A stretch of 64,000 nucleotides of DNA, taken from Thermofilaceae archaeon. GTDB taxonomy: Archaea; Thermoproteota; Thermoprotei; Thermofilales; Thermofilaceae. The notes beneath the pieces were generated by a model that was not told the origin of the DNA, did not search any database, and saw only the letters and a program-made list of their open reading frames with translations. The position numbers and the translations under genes were made by a program. The DNA lies in assembly GCA_038861545.1 (NCBI GenBank), contig JAWCCZ010000002.1:206434-270433 (forward strand). Reading direction: 5' to 3'. Shown here in pieces: positions 29,460 to 38,387 of this stretch. The number at the start of each line of letters is the position of its first letter. The first letter of the stretch is position 1.

Positions 29460-30422
29460 TCAAGGGGAATTGAGGGGTATCAGAGCTTTCAGCACAGGTT
29501 CTATCCATCGGTTGTTCGATATATCGTATAGTATAAAATCGCTGTCGAACTGCCAGTAAGCCCAGCTCCACCCTAGGCTTTCCGCTGACCTAGCTACGAA
29601 ACTCAGGTAACGAACACGTGAATCCATCGGGGCTTTATCATAAACCCCAAATTCCCCCAGGAAAACCGGCCTATCACGAGACTTTGCCCATGACTGAGCT
29701 TTGCTGAAAGCTTCTACGATCGCGTTCCTCTCTTCTTCGCTTCCCTTCCACTCGATGCCAACTTTACCCTCCAGTCCAGCCCATTTAGCGCCTTGATGGG
29801 TGAACTGGAAAGGCTCGTAGTAGTGCACGGTTACAATTATTTTCCGGTCTTCTTCGGGCAGCTCAAGCTTGTCAAGGTAACTAATGCTGTTCCAGAAAGC
29901 CGGTCCTATAATCACGCCTCTATCCGGGTTGGTTTTCCTCACCACTTGCAAGGCCTCTTTGAGGAAAATATTCCAGAGCTCTGGCGTCAGTTGGTTATTT
30001 GGCTCGTTTAAAAGCTCGAATAAAATTTCCTCCGGATAGTCACTATACCTCTCGCTTACCTGCTTCCAGAAGGACAGGAACCTATCCTTGAGTTCCAATG
30101 GGGCCTTACCCATTGCGATGAACTCGTGGAAGTCTAGAACCGCTAACAATCGGTTATCGAGAGCTTGTTCAATAGCCCAATCCAGCACGCTGAGCCAGTA
30201 GCTTGCGAGGTTTCCATTATCGTCCATCCCTTTGTCCCGGAAGGGGTGTAGACATATCCTCACACTGCTGAAACCGGTTTCTCTTATCAGCGTAAAATGT
30301 TCATCTTTCATCCGGGCTTCACTTTTAGATTTCCAAACAGGGTCATAGCCTAGAATGTTTACACCCCTCCCCAACCTTTTATTCAACTCGAAAATGTCCA
30401 TTTCACCCGCCCTCCCCTCCAA
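29460..30422 (-). CDS. Glycoside hydrolase family 5 (endoglucanase/cellulase-like), no signal peptide
   Basis: LGRGVN, FELLNEP (acid/base Glu), TVHYYEPFQFTHQGA and FLGEFG (nucleophile Glu). Confidence 0.92.
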   Translation of the reverse strand: MEGRAGEMDIFELNKRLGRGVNILGYDPVWKSKSEARMKDEHFTLIRETGFSSVRICLHPFRDKGMDDNGNLASYWLSVLDWAIEQALDNRLLAVLDFHEFIAMGKAPLELKDRFLSFWKQVSERYSDYPEEILFELLNEPNNQLTPELWNIFLKEALQVVRKTNPDRGVIIGPAFWNSISYLDKLELPEEDRKIIVTVHYYEPFQFTHQGAKWAGLEGKVGIEWKGSEEERNAIVEAFSKAQSWAKSRDRPVFLGEFGVYDKAPMDSRVRYLSFVARSAESLGWSWAYWQFDSDFILYDISNNRWIEPVLKALIPLNSP

Positions 30423-30465
30423 GTAGGGATACGGTATTTATCTGTGCGTTCACGCAGCTGCTGCA

Positions 30466-31224
30466 TTGAAGCGAAATTTATTAGCGTGTATTCGCTCTTC
30501 GGGCGTGCTTGCGGAAGAGCTTTACCTTATTGACCCCTACTCTAGGAAATGTGAAGCTTGCATCATTGATATAGAGAGAGTAAAAGGTAAGCGCGCTTAT
30601 ATTACATTAGATAGAACCATCTTTCACCCGCTCAGCGGAGGCCAGCCTTCGGATGAAGGGGTAATCTCCAATAACTCAGGCGTTTTCGAAGTGAAAAAAG
30701 TGATAAGATCTGGTTCGACTATCAGGCACTGGGGCTCGTTAACCAGCGGTGCTTTAAGCGTAGGTGATAAAGTAATCTGTGAAATCAATTGGGAGAAGAG
30801 GTACAAAGTTATGCGCTTACATACGGCTGGGCATATACTTGACTACGCTATGCTCCAACTTTACGGTGAGCTCGTAGAGACGCTTAATGCATACCATGGT
30901 CCACCAGAATCGTATCTTGAGTATAATGTTGAGGTGGAGCCAAACACCAGGGAACTTGAACGGCTGGCCAATGAGATCGTGTCACGAGCTCTCTACGTCG
31001 TGGTGCATATAATCCCTGCGGAGGAACTGGATAAACATGTGTATAACGCTCCTAACCTTTTAAGGCTACCTGAGGCTAGTAAGTACAGGATAGTTGAAAT
31101 CCCTGGCGTTAACGCGATGCCTTGCACAGGGACACACGTTTTGAACACGAAGGAAGTAGGTAAAGTGCACATCTTAAGAGTTGAAAAATCTAAAGGATAT
31201 ATGGTGTTTTATGATGTAGAGTAA
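30466..31224 (+). CDS. alaX: Alanyl-tRNA editing protein (AlaX-M type)
   Basis: LDRTIFHPLSGGQPSD, HTAGH and PCTGTH zinc motifs. Confidence 0.9.
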   Translation: MKRNLLACIRSSGVLAEELYLIDPYSRKCEACIIDIERVKGKRAYITLDRTIFHPLSGGQPSDEGVISNNSGVFEVKKVIRSGSTIRHWGSLTSGALSVGDKVICEINWEKRYKVMRLHTAGHILDYAMLQLYGELVETLNAYHGPPESYLEYNVEVEPNTRELERLANEIVSRALYVVVHIIPAEELDKHVYNAPNLLRLPEASKYRIVEIPGVNAMPCTGTHVLNTKEVGKVHILRVEKSKGYMVFYDVE

Positions 31225-31297
31225 AAGCAGCTGTACTGTTACTAGTGTTGCGAGGGCTCTATAACATACCGAGAGAAGAAGTTGGAGTACATCATTT

Positions 31298-31966
31298 TCA
31301 GCAACTCTCTCTAATTATCCTAGCCCTCTTCAAGCACGCTTCAGCCAGTTCCTGCAACTCTGGTTCCTTGGAGAGCCTTTCAAGGAAGGCTATAGAGCCG
31401 CTAGTTTCCTCACAGATACTGGATAGGTGTTTTTTCTTTAAAACTTCGTCGACCATTTTCTCACCCTGAAGCTTTGGCCCGCCTTCCATGAATCCCTCAG
31501 GGTAATACCAGTCTTTTAAACGAATGAAACCCATCAGAAAAAGCTCGAATCCTAATCTAGTTAAAGCTGGGGGGATTCCCAGCCTTAGAGCTCTGGTTGT
31601 CTCAAGATCGTATAAGTACTCGATATACAGTAGATCTCCGCTACCCAAGGTTTCGGCTAAGCTCTTCAGTAGTTCCCGCTCTAGGTTTGAGCCGGCGAAG
31701 CGGAATCGATGTCCACACAGCTCCGCATGCTCCATGACAGCGAATACTTCAACCCAGCGTCCGTAGTGTGGGGGTCTCCCTCGAAAGCATTTGGCGACGA
31801 GCAGCCTTACTCGATCATTGCAACGTTGAAGATGCAGCTCAATGTTAACTTCTTCTCTAAACCTACCAGGTTTTTCGTCGACGATAAGGGAAAAACCCTG
31901 GGGCACAGGCAGCAGCTCCAAGGCTTTTCTGAGCATCTCCATAAATGTGTCTATACCCAGCGACAC
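31298..31966 (-). CDS. DUF1122 family protein
   Basis: GRFREE, WVE, IEYLYD, TRLG and KDWYYPEGFMEGGPKLQGEK motifs. Confidence 0.8.
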   Translation of the reverse strand: MSLGIDTFMEMLRKALELLPVPQGFSLIVDEKPGRFREEVNIELHLQRCNDRVRLLVAKCFRGRPPHYGRWVEVFAVMEHAELCGHRFRFAGSNLERELLKSLAETLGSGDLLYIEYLYDLETTRALRLGIPPALTRLGFELFLMGFIRLKDWYYPEGFMEGGPKLQGEKMVDEVLKKKHLSSICEETSGSIAFLERLSKEPELQELAEACLKRARIIRESC

Positions 31967-32263
31967 TATATTTCTTTTTTCATTACCTGGCTCCTCTACA
32001 TTTATAGATAACTTAGTTCCGATTAGGTGCTTTGTTTACCAAAACGCCTTCATGACCTATACCTCACACGCCGTATCGCGTAACTCTCCTACACTACTTC
32101 CACACTGAGCAATTTCCCTCTAGCGAATGTCCCTTGACTTAACATAATAAGTTCCCGATGAAAGTTGATTTTTTCCATCCAATTTAGCTTGATTTCTTAA
32201 CATATTTACTGCATCGGTAGGTTTATATGGTTAGTTTTTAATAAACTATGAAGAGCAACGTGG

Positions 32264-32749
32264 GTGAAACATACGAGTGAAATACCGGTTATTTTAGGCA
32301 GGTTATCTGAAGCTGAAAGCAATTACGCTGAGGAGCTAAGAAAACTTGCGTCTTCGATACGGTACACCGCTGCTTTATCAGCCATTTTCACCGCCTTATC
32401 AAAGGATTCAGAAAAGCATGCAGAGTTATACGAGTCTTTGCTTAAAATCATGGGCGAAACCGCTCAACCGCGACTCTTCGAAGAAGACTTGAAACTCGTA
32501 AGCGATGCAATCGACAGGCATATCGAAACCGAAAAGAAGATGATCGAGGAAAGTAGGAAACTTCTCGATAAGATTGAGGACTCCCGTATCAGGTTGCTGT
32601 TAGCAGCTATATATGAAGATGAAGTAAAACACCATAAGCTCCTCGTAGATGTTAAGGATAAAATAGCGAAAATTCAAACATTTACCGAGGAAGAGTTCTG
32701 GGATGCAGTATGGAGAGACAGCCCTTGGCATGGAACTCCCGGTGGATAG
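32264..32749 (+). CDS. Ferritin-like di-iron four-helix-bundle protein (rubrerythrin-like, no rubredoxin domain)
   Basis: Paired motifs E...DSEKH and E...DEVKH; C-terminus WRDSPWHGTPGG. Confidence 0.8.
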   Translation: MKHTSEIPVILGRLSEAESNYAEELRKLASSIRYTAALSAIFTALSKDSEKHAELYESLLKIMGETAQPRLFEEDLKLVSDAIDRHIETEKKMIEESRKLLDKIEDSRIRLLLAAIYEDEVKHHKLLVDVKDKIAKIQTFTEEEFWDAVWRDSPWHGTPGG

Positions 32750-32865
32750 CTTAAGCTCTTTAAAATTTAAACTTTTTATAAAAGGTTTAATTTTTTTTAG
32801 GACTACAAATATGAATATTTTCCTTTGATGGTTACTTATTTAAGCTACTTGAAGGATTTCCAAAT

Positions 32866-34143
32866 ATGGAGAGAATCAGGCTGGTGGTTCTGCTGATATT
32901 CTTCAGCTTCTTATTGTTCCATAACGCCGATCGATTCATCATATCGGCTGTAGCTCCGCAGGTTATGGAAGACTTCAAAGTTGGTTACAGCGAGCTTGGG
33001 CTCGTATTCTCTCTAACTGGTTTCGTTGCTGCCGCACTTTACCCTGTGTGGGGCTACCTCTACGACCGCTATTCGAGAAGGCTTCTAGTCAGCTTAGCGG
33101 CTGTGATCTGGGGGGTTACCTCCCTTATCAACGCTTTATCTAAAACCTTCAGTGAATTCTTCGCCACGAGAATTTCTACAGCAGTGGATGATGCAGCGCC
33201 TCCTGGCATGTCCAGCCTCGTACTTGACTACTATGAGCCGGATAAGAGAGCGAGAGCCATAGGTATTTTAAATACCACAGGCCCCTTGGGAGCTATAGTT
33301 GGCTCTGTGTTATCGTTAAGCCTAGTAGCTGCTGGCCACTCTTGGAGGACAGCCTTCTACATTACTGGCTCCATCGGAGTACTCTCCGGTGTTTTAACCT
33401 ACCTACTGGTTAGGGATGTGCCTAGAGGAAGCTCTGAGCCTGAGCTTAAAGGGCTGCTCACTCATGAAGTATATAGAGCAAAACTCTCGGACCTCCCAAA
33501 ACTATTGAAAAATTTATCTTTAGCTTTTCTATTCCTCCAAGGATTTTGGGGCGTATTTCCATGGGCTGCAATAAACTACTGGATTATAACTTACATGCAA
33601 GTTGAGCGCGGGATTCCTCCTGATACAGTCATGTATATAATGGTCCTTTGGCTCTTAGCAATGAGCATAGGTAACGTGGTAGCCGGTTACGCAGGCGACT
33701 ACATTTACAGAAAAAGTATCAGGGGAAGAGCAGCTTATGGTGCGGTTATAGTGTTCCTCTCAGCTGTGCTGATATATATGACTATTAGAGCTATGACATT
33801 CGAAGAATTCTTCGCCTATGGGTTGCTTACTGCATTTGTGATACCCCAAGCAGGTCCTCAAGTATCTGCTATGTGGGGTGATATAGTTGAACCAGAGCTC
33901 CGATCGAGCGCTGCTGCTTTCCAGGCTTTCTTCGAGAACGCAGGTAGCAGTGCAGCTCCAGCGATAGTTGGCTTTTTAGCAGAGAAGTGGGGGCTGGGAA
34001 GCTCGATAATGTGGATCAGCTTTTGGACATGGATGCTTTGTTTCGTCTTCTTTTCAGTGCTAGCCTTTGTGATTCCAAGAGACGTGAAAAAGTTAAGGGA
34101 AACACTAAAGCAGCGAGCTGAGAAGCTTAAAAAAGCTGGATAA
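32866..34143 (+). CDS. MFS transporter
   Basis: HNADRF, GYLYDRYSRR and about 12 TM segments. Confidence 0.9.
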   Translation: MERIRLVVLLIFFSFLLFHNADRFIISAVAPQVMEDFKVGYSELGLVFSLTGFVAAALYPVWGYLYDRYSRRLLVSLAAVIWGVTSLINALSKTFSEFFATRISTAVDDAAPPGMSSLVLDYYEPDKRARAIGILNTTGPLGAIVGSVLSLSLVAAGHSWRTAFYITGSIGVLSGVLTYLLVRDVPRGSSEPELKGLLTHEVYRAKLSDLPKLLKNLSLAFLFLQGFWGVFPWAAINYWIITYMQVERGIPPDTVMYIMVLWLLAMSIGNVVAGYAGDYIYRKSIRGRAAYGAVIVFLSAVLIYMTIRAMTFEEFFAYGLLTAFVIPQAGPQVSAMWGDIVEPELRSSAAAFQAFFENAGSSAAPAIVGFLAEKWGLGSSIMWISFWTWMLCFVFFSVLAFVIPRDVKKLRETLKQRAEKLKKAG

Positions 34144-34156
34144 AACAGTTCTTCTT

Positions 34157-35680
34157 TTACAAGTACTTCCAGATACCCACTCCTCTGTAATTATATACTA
34201 TTGTTTTATAAGCGGTGACGTATTCAACCGAGTAACCGATTCCCTCCCTTCCTATACCTGAATCCTTTCTACCTCCGAACGGATAATAGCCGACTCCATG
34301 TCTAGGCATGTCGTTCACGTATATGGCTCCGAACTCAAGGAATCTCGCAAGCTTCCTTATTCGGTTTATATCATGCCCGAAAATTGATGCATCAAGACCA
34401 TACCTTCTACCGTTTGCAAGCTCAATAGCCTCGTTATCGTTCTCAAAAGTTGTCACCACGGCTACTGGAGCGAAGATTTCCTCCCTGTATAGTTTAAGTT
34501 CTTTTAAAGCGCCCTTGTCAAGCACTTCAACTAAAGTGGGTTCAACATAAGTTGCTCCAAGCCGCTTCCCACCATAGAGGACTTTGCCTCCATGCTTTAC
34601 AGCTTCCTCCACAGCTGATAGCATCTCATCTACAGTGGTAGAATCTATCACCGGCCCCATCGCGGTGTGAGCGTCGCGGGGATCGCCCACTTTGACCTTC
34701 GAAAGCTCATCCACGAGTCTTTTGGCGAACTCCTCGTAGATGAAGCTCTCCACGAGGATCAGCTTAATGGCGTCACACCGCTGACCAGCGTAACTGTAGA
34801 CGCCAGCTGCAACCCTCTCTGCTGCAAAGTCGATGTCAGAATCTGCTAGCACTAAGGCGGGGTCTCCGCCACCTAGCTCCATAACGAATTGCTTGATACC
34901 AGCTGTGGCTAGCACCTTCCTGCCAGTCGAGCTGCTGCCTGTAAGGCTAATGACGCTTATCCTCTCATCCTCTATTAATCGCTCACTTTCCCTTCCCGGG
35001 ATGGTAAGCACAGCGAAAGCCTCACCTGGGAAACCGGCTTCCTCCACAAGCTTGGCGAACATGAGTACTGGTAGAGGATCCATGGAAGGCGGTTTCACTA
35101 CAACCGCGTTGCCAGGCACGATGCTATATGCGAACTTGGATACGGTATCGAATAGCGGGTAATTAAAGGGGATTATCGCTAGGACCAGCCCGTAGGGTTC
35201 CCTTCGGATAATGGCTTCTGTTTCCGCTGTCGTGGGATCCCAGTCGCCGGGTGCATATTCCCCGAAAACCTTTCTAGCGTCTAAATCCGCTCTCCTTAGC
35301 CTGTCGATACTCGCGTTCACCTCACCCACTGCTTGGCTCTTAGTCTTCCCACTGTTCACTATAAGCGAATCCACGAATGTGTTTTTGTGCTCCTCTATAA
35401 GGTCTGCAATCCTATCCAGTACCTCCAGCCTCCTGTGGCCCGGCGTGTCTCTGATCCTCCAGCGGCCAACCTTGTATACGGTTTCTAGAACTTTATCGAC
35501 TTCCCGCCAGCTTAACCTCGGAACCTTAGCGATTACGCTCAAGTCAATCGGGCTTTTAACTTCTGTAAACGCTTCACCTTCAAGCCACTCGCCGGCTGCG
35601 TACGTTTTGAACTTGTAAACTCCATCTTCCTCCGTGAAAATACCTTTAAACAGCTTGTCATGTAGACTCAACAATCCCAT
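34157..35680 (-). CDS. gapN: Non-phosphorylating NADP-dependent glyceraldehyde-3-phosphate dehydrogenase
   Basis: ALDH fold: PFNYP, TGSS, MELGG, GQRCD catalytic Cys and EEIFAP. C-terminus YRGVGIWKYL is typical of archaeal GAPN. Confidence 0.9.
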   Translation of the reverse strand: MGLLSLHDKLFKGIFTEEDGVYKFKTYAAGEWLEGEAFTEVKSPIDLSVIAKVPRLSWREVDKVLETVYKVGRWRIRDTPGHRRLEVLDRIADLIEEHKNTFVDSLIVNSGKTKSQAVGEVNASIDRLRRADLDARKVFGEYAPGDWDPTTAETEAIIRREPYGLVLAIIPFNYPLFDTVSKFAYSIVPGNAVVVKPPSMDPLPVLMFAKLVEEAGFPGEAFAVLTIPGRESERLIEDERISVISLTGSSSTGRKVLATAGIKQFVMELGGGDPALVLADSDIDFAAERVAAGVYSYAGQRCDAIKLILVESFIYEEFAKRLVDELSKVKVGDPRDAHTAMGPVIDSTTVDEMLSAVEEAVKHGGKVLYGGKRLGATYVEPTLVEVLDKGALKELKLYREEIFAPVAVVTTFENDNEAIELANGRRYGLDASIFGHDINRIRKLARFLEFGAIYVNDMPRHGVGYYPFGGRKDSGIGREGIGYSVEYVTAYKTIVYNYRGVGIWKYL

Positions 35681-35780
35681 ACCTACCGAAAATTTCTCGA
35701 CAGTGTCATACTAAAACTTTTCGATCCAGAGATGGGATACACTTAAGACTCCCTCAGAGCGTTACAGTTAGGTGGCTTAG

Positions 35781-36878
35781 TTGAGCGCTGCGGAAAGATT
35801 CAACGAACACGTCATAAGAAGGTACTTGAGGGCAGGTTACATGCTCGTGGGAAAGCATTCAGCTGTAGAGGTGTGTAGGTGGACAAAAAGCGCCTTAAAG
35901 GGCGAGCGCATGTGTTATAAGCGCTGGTACGGCATTAATAGCCACCGTTGCATTCAGATGACACCTGCGCTGAATTTCTGCAACTTCGCCTGTATCTTCT
36001 GCTGGAGACCCCACCTTGAAGGCCGTTTCACAATACCCGAGGGGTGGTACTGGGATGAGCCCCGGGAAATAGTGAATGGTGTGATTCATGCCCAGAGAAA
36101 GCTGCTTGTCGGCTACAAGGGTAACCCAAAAACCGTTAGGGAACGCTTCCTTGAAGCGATGTTCCCCCGTCATGTGGCGATAAGCCTAGATGGAGAGCCT
36201 ATCCTCTATCCTAAGCTGGCGGATTTAATCAATGAGGTAAAGACAAGAGGGATGACTGCGTTTCTAGTTACTAACGCATCCTTGCCTCATAGGCTTGAAG
36301 AACTGCTCAGGAGAAAAGCCGAGCCGACAAACCTCTACTTCAGCATTTATGGACCCAACGTTGAAGTTTTCGCTAAGACCGCTAAACCGCTCATGTCTAA
36401 GGTTTGGGAGCTTGTAATGGAGAGCCTCGATCTAGTACCAAAGTTCAGTTGTAGGACTGTAATGAGGTTAACTATGGTTAAAGGGGTTAACATGGTGGAC
36501 CCCGAGGGCTATTCAAAACTAATCGAGCGATCACAGCCACGTTTCGTCGAATTGAAGGGTTACACTTGGGTGGGAGAAAGCCAGAAACGACTCCCCATTG
36601 CAGCGATGCCCACCATTCAAGAACTGGAGGAGTTTGCGAAAAAAATCGCCGACTCGGCTGACTACCAGCTGAAGCTCACTGACGAGAAAAGCCGCGTAGT
36701 CATGCTAGTAAGGGACGAGGAAACATGGGAGTGGAACTTGAAGCTGATCGAGAAGCAGAAAAGAGTTGAGGAGGAGTTTGACATTGAATGGAGAGGGAAA
36801 ATCAGGGATTTCAAGCTGAGGACTTACGTGCCGCCACATGCGCGGAAACCGGGTCCTGTACCCCTTAAACCAGGGTGA
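35781..36878 (+). CDS. taw1: 4-demethylwyosine synthase (radical SAM, TYW1/Taw1)
   Basis: HSAVEVCRWT, CYK, SHRCIQMTP, CNFACIFC, SLDGEP and ELKGY motifs. Confidence 0.93.
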   Translation: MSAAERFNEHVIRRYLRAGYMLVGKHSAVEVCRWTKSALKGERMCYKRWYGINSHRCIQMTPALNFCNFACIFCWRPHLEGRFTIPEGWYWDEPREIVNGVIHAQRKLLVGYKGNPKTVRERFLEAMFPRHVAISLDGEPILYPKLADLINEVKTRGMTAFLVTNASLPHRLEELLRRKAEPTNLYFSIYGPNVEVFAKTAKPLMSKVWELVMESLDLVPKFSCRTVMRLTMVKGVNMVDPEGYSKLIERSQPRFVELKGYTWVGESQKRLPIAAMPTIQELEEFAKKIADSADYQLKLTDEKSRVVMLVRDEETWEWNLKLIEKQKRVEEEFDIEWRGKIRDFKLRTYVPPHARKPGPVPLKPG

Positions 36879-37094
36879 GCTACTAATTGAGCATTTCACT
36901 TTAAACTCTTCTTCATATTCCAATTCTTTATTGAATTCCTAACTACGTGTGTAAATTTACACTGTTCGGCACAGCTACTCGTATTCAAGGGACATGAACC
37001 TCACGCTACGTCAAAGCACCTGACAGCAAGCTCATTGAATAGCCTTAAAGAGGAATAGAGTTCCAGCTTATAAAGCCCCTATTGAGTAGGGGTT

Positions 37095-38327
37095 GTGCTT
37101 CAGTGGAAAAAAAGGCTCAGTGGAAACGCTAAGTGGTTAATTGCAACTGAACCTGGATGGTCGATACCGATGCCCTGGGTCTTCTACTATATGCCGCTAT
37201 ACCTAGTGATGGTGGGGGTTGGCGAAATCGAATATGGAGCTCTCTCAAGCTTGTCCAGGGGTTTATCGATTGCAGCCCCGTTGTTCGCTATGCCGGTCGC
37301 AGCGAAACTGGGTCTTAAGCGCGCTTTCCTGGTCCTCGACACAATAAGCAACGTGGGCATGCTTCTTCCACTCGCAGTTGGAAAAAGGGAGCCCGTCGCC
37401 TTAGCTTTTATTTTCTCTGGGTTAGCACCTTCCTCCGCAATACTCTGGGAGGTACTTCTAGTTGAAGGAACAGGCTCGGAAGCTCTCGTGGCGGCGTATT
37501 CAGTGCCTGGGATCATTTACCTAATAGGAAACTTGCTAACACCTTTAGCAGGAATAGTGTTGAATAAATTCAGCCTAGTCGAGGGCTACAAGTTGGTGGT
37601 TCTAACAGCTCTTTCATCATTCCTAGCTAAAACAGCGATCCTAGTTGTAACTCTTAAAGAGCCTGGGTCCAAGCTCGAGAGAGAAAGGGAGAAAGATGGG
37701 CTTCGCGAGGCTATTAAGCTTATAATCTCAGACGGTAGGATGCGCGCCCTTCTGCTTTTCTCGGTTTTCTCTTCCGTGATATACGCGGTATTCGGGTACC
37801 AGTCGTTGTACCTCTGTGACGATAGAGGACCAAGGATGACTGTTGAGAATGCCAGTCTTATACCCAGCTTCTCCTCTACCGTCTCGCTAGCCACTCTCAC
37901 GTTCGTGACAGCAATGTCCCATTTAAACAGAGTCAGCTACCTGACTACAGCTGCTGCGGCCGGCGTGACAGCTTACATCCTGTACGCTCTTTCGTCCACA
38001 AGGCCTGCTCTAGCCTTCGCAGCCGCCTTAGCCTCAGGTTTAAGAGGAGCTGAGTTCTCTGTATCGAGAGCTTATTTCGTGGATCTCTTGAAGGGATCCG
38101 ACGCCGTAGCTAAGGGGCACGCAATATCCTTGCTGTATACGCTCAGCAGCATTGTAACGGTTCCGGCTCCCATGCTTGTGGGGCTACTCTACAGTATCCA
38201 CCCGGTAAGCATCTGGCTACTCGCTTTATCGGCCTCCTTCGGGCAACTAATTGTGCTAACTTGGTTGACGAAACATAAACAGGGTTTGTCAAGCGTTAGT
38301 GGGTGCTTCTCCTTAAATAAGGCTTAA
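37095..38327 (+). CDS. MFS-type transporter
   Basis: About 12 hydrophobic helices; N-terminal TEPGWSIP. Confidence 0.75.
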   Translation: MLQWKKRLSGNAKWLIATEPGWSIPMPWVFYYMPLYLVMVGVGEIEYGALSSLSRGLSIAAPLFAMPVAAKLGLKRAFLVLDTISNVGMLLPLAVGKREPVALAFIFSGLAPSSAILWEVLLVEGTGSEALVAAYSVPGIIYLIGNLLTPLAGIVLNKFSLVEGYKLVVLTALSSFLAKTAILVVTLKEPGSKLEREREKDGLREAIKLIISDGRMRALLLFSVFSSVIYAVFGYQSLYLCDDRGPRMTVENASLIPSFSSTVSLATLTFVTAMSHLNRVSYLTTAAAAGVTAYILYALSSTRPALAFAAALASGLRGAEFSVSRAYFVDLLKGSDAVAKGHAISLLYTLSSIVTVPAPMLVGLLYSIHPVSIWLLALSASFGQLIVLTWLTKHKQGLSSVSGCFSLNKA

Positions 38328-38387
38328 ATACATAATTGCTAGGCGGCAATGCGTAAAAGACTTTAGACCAACTTGTGCGCTAAAACT

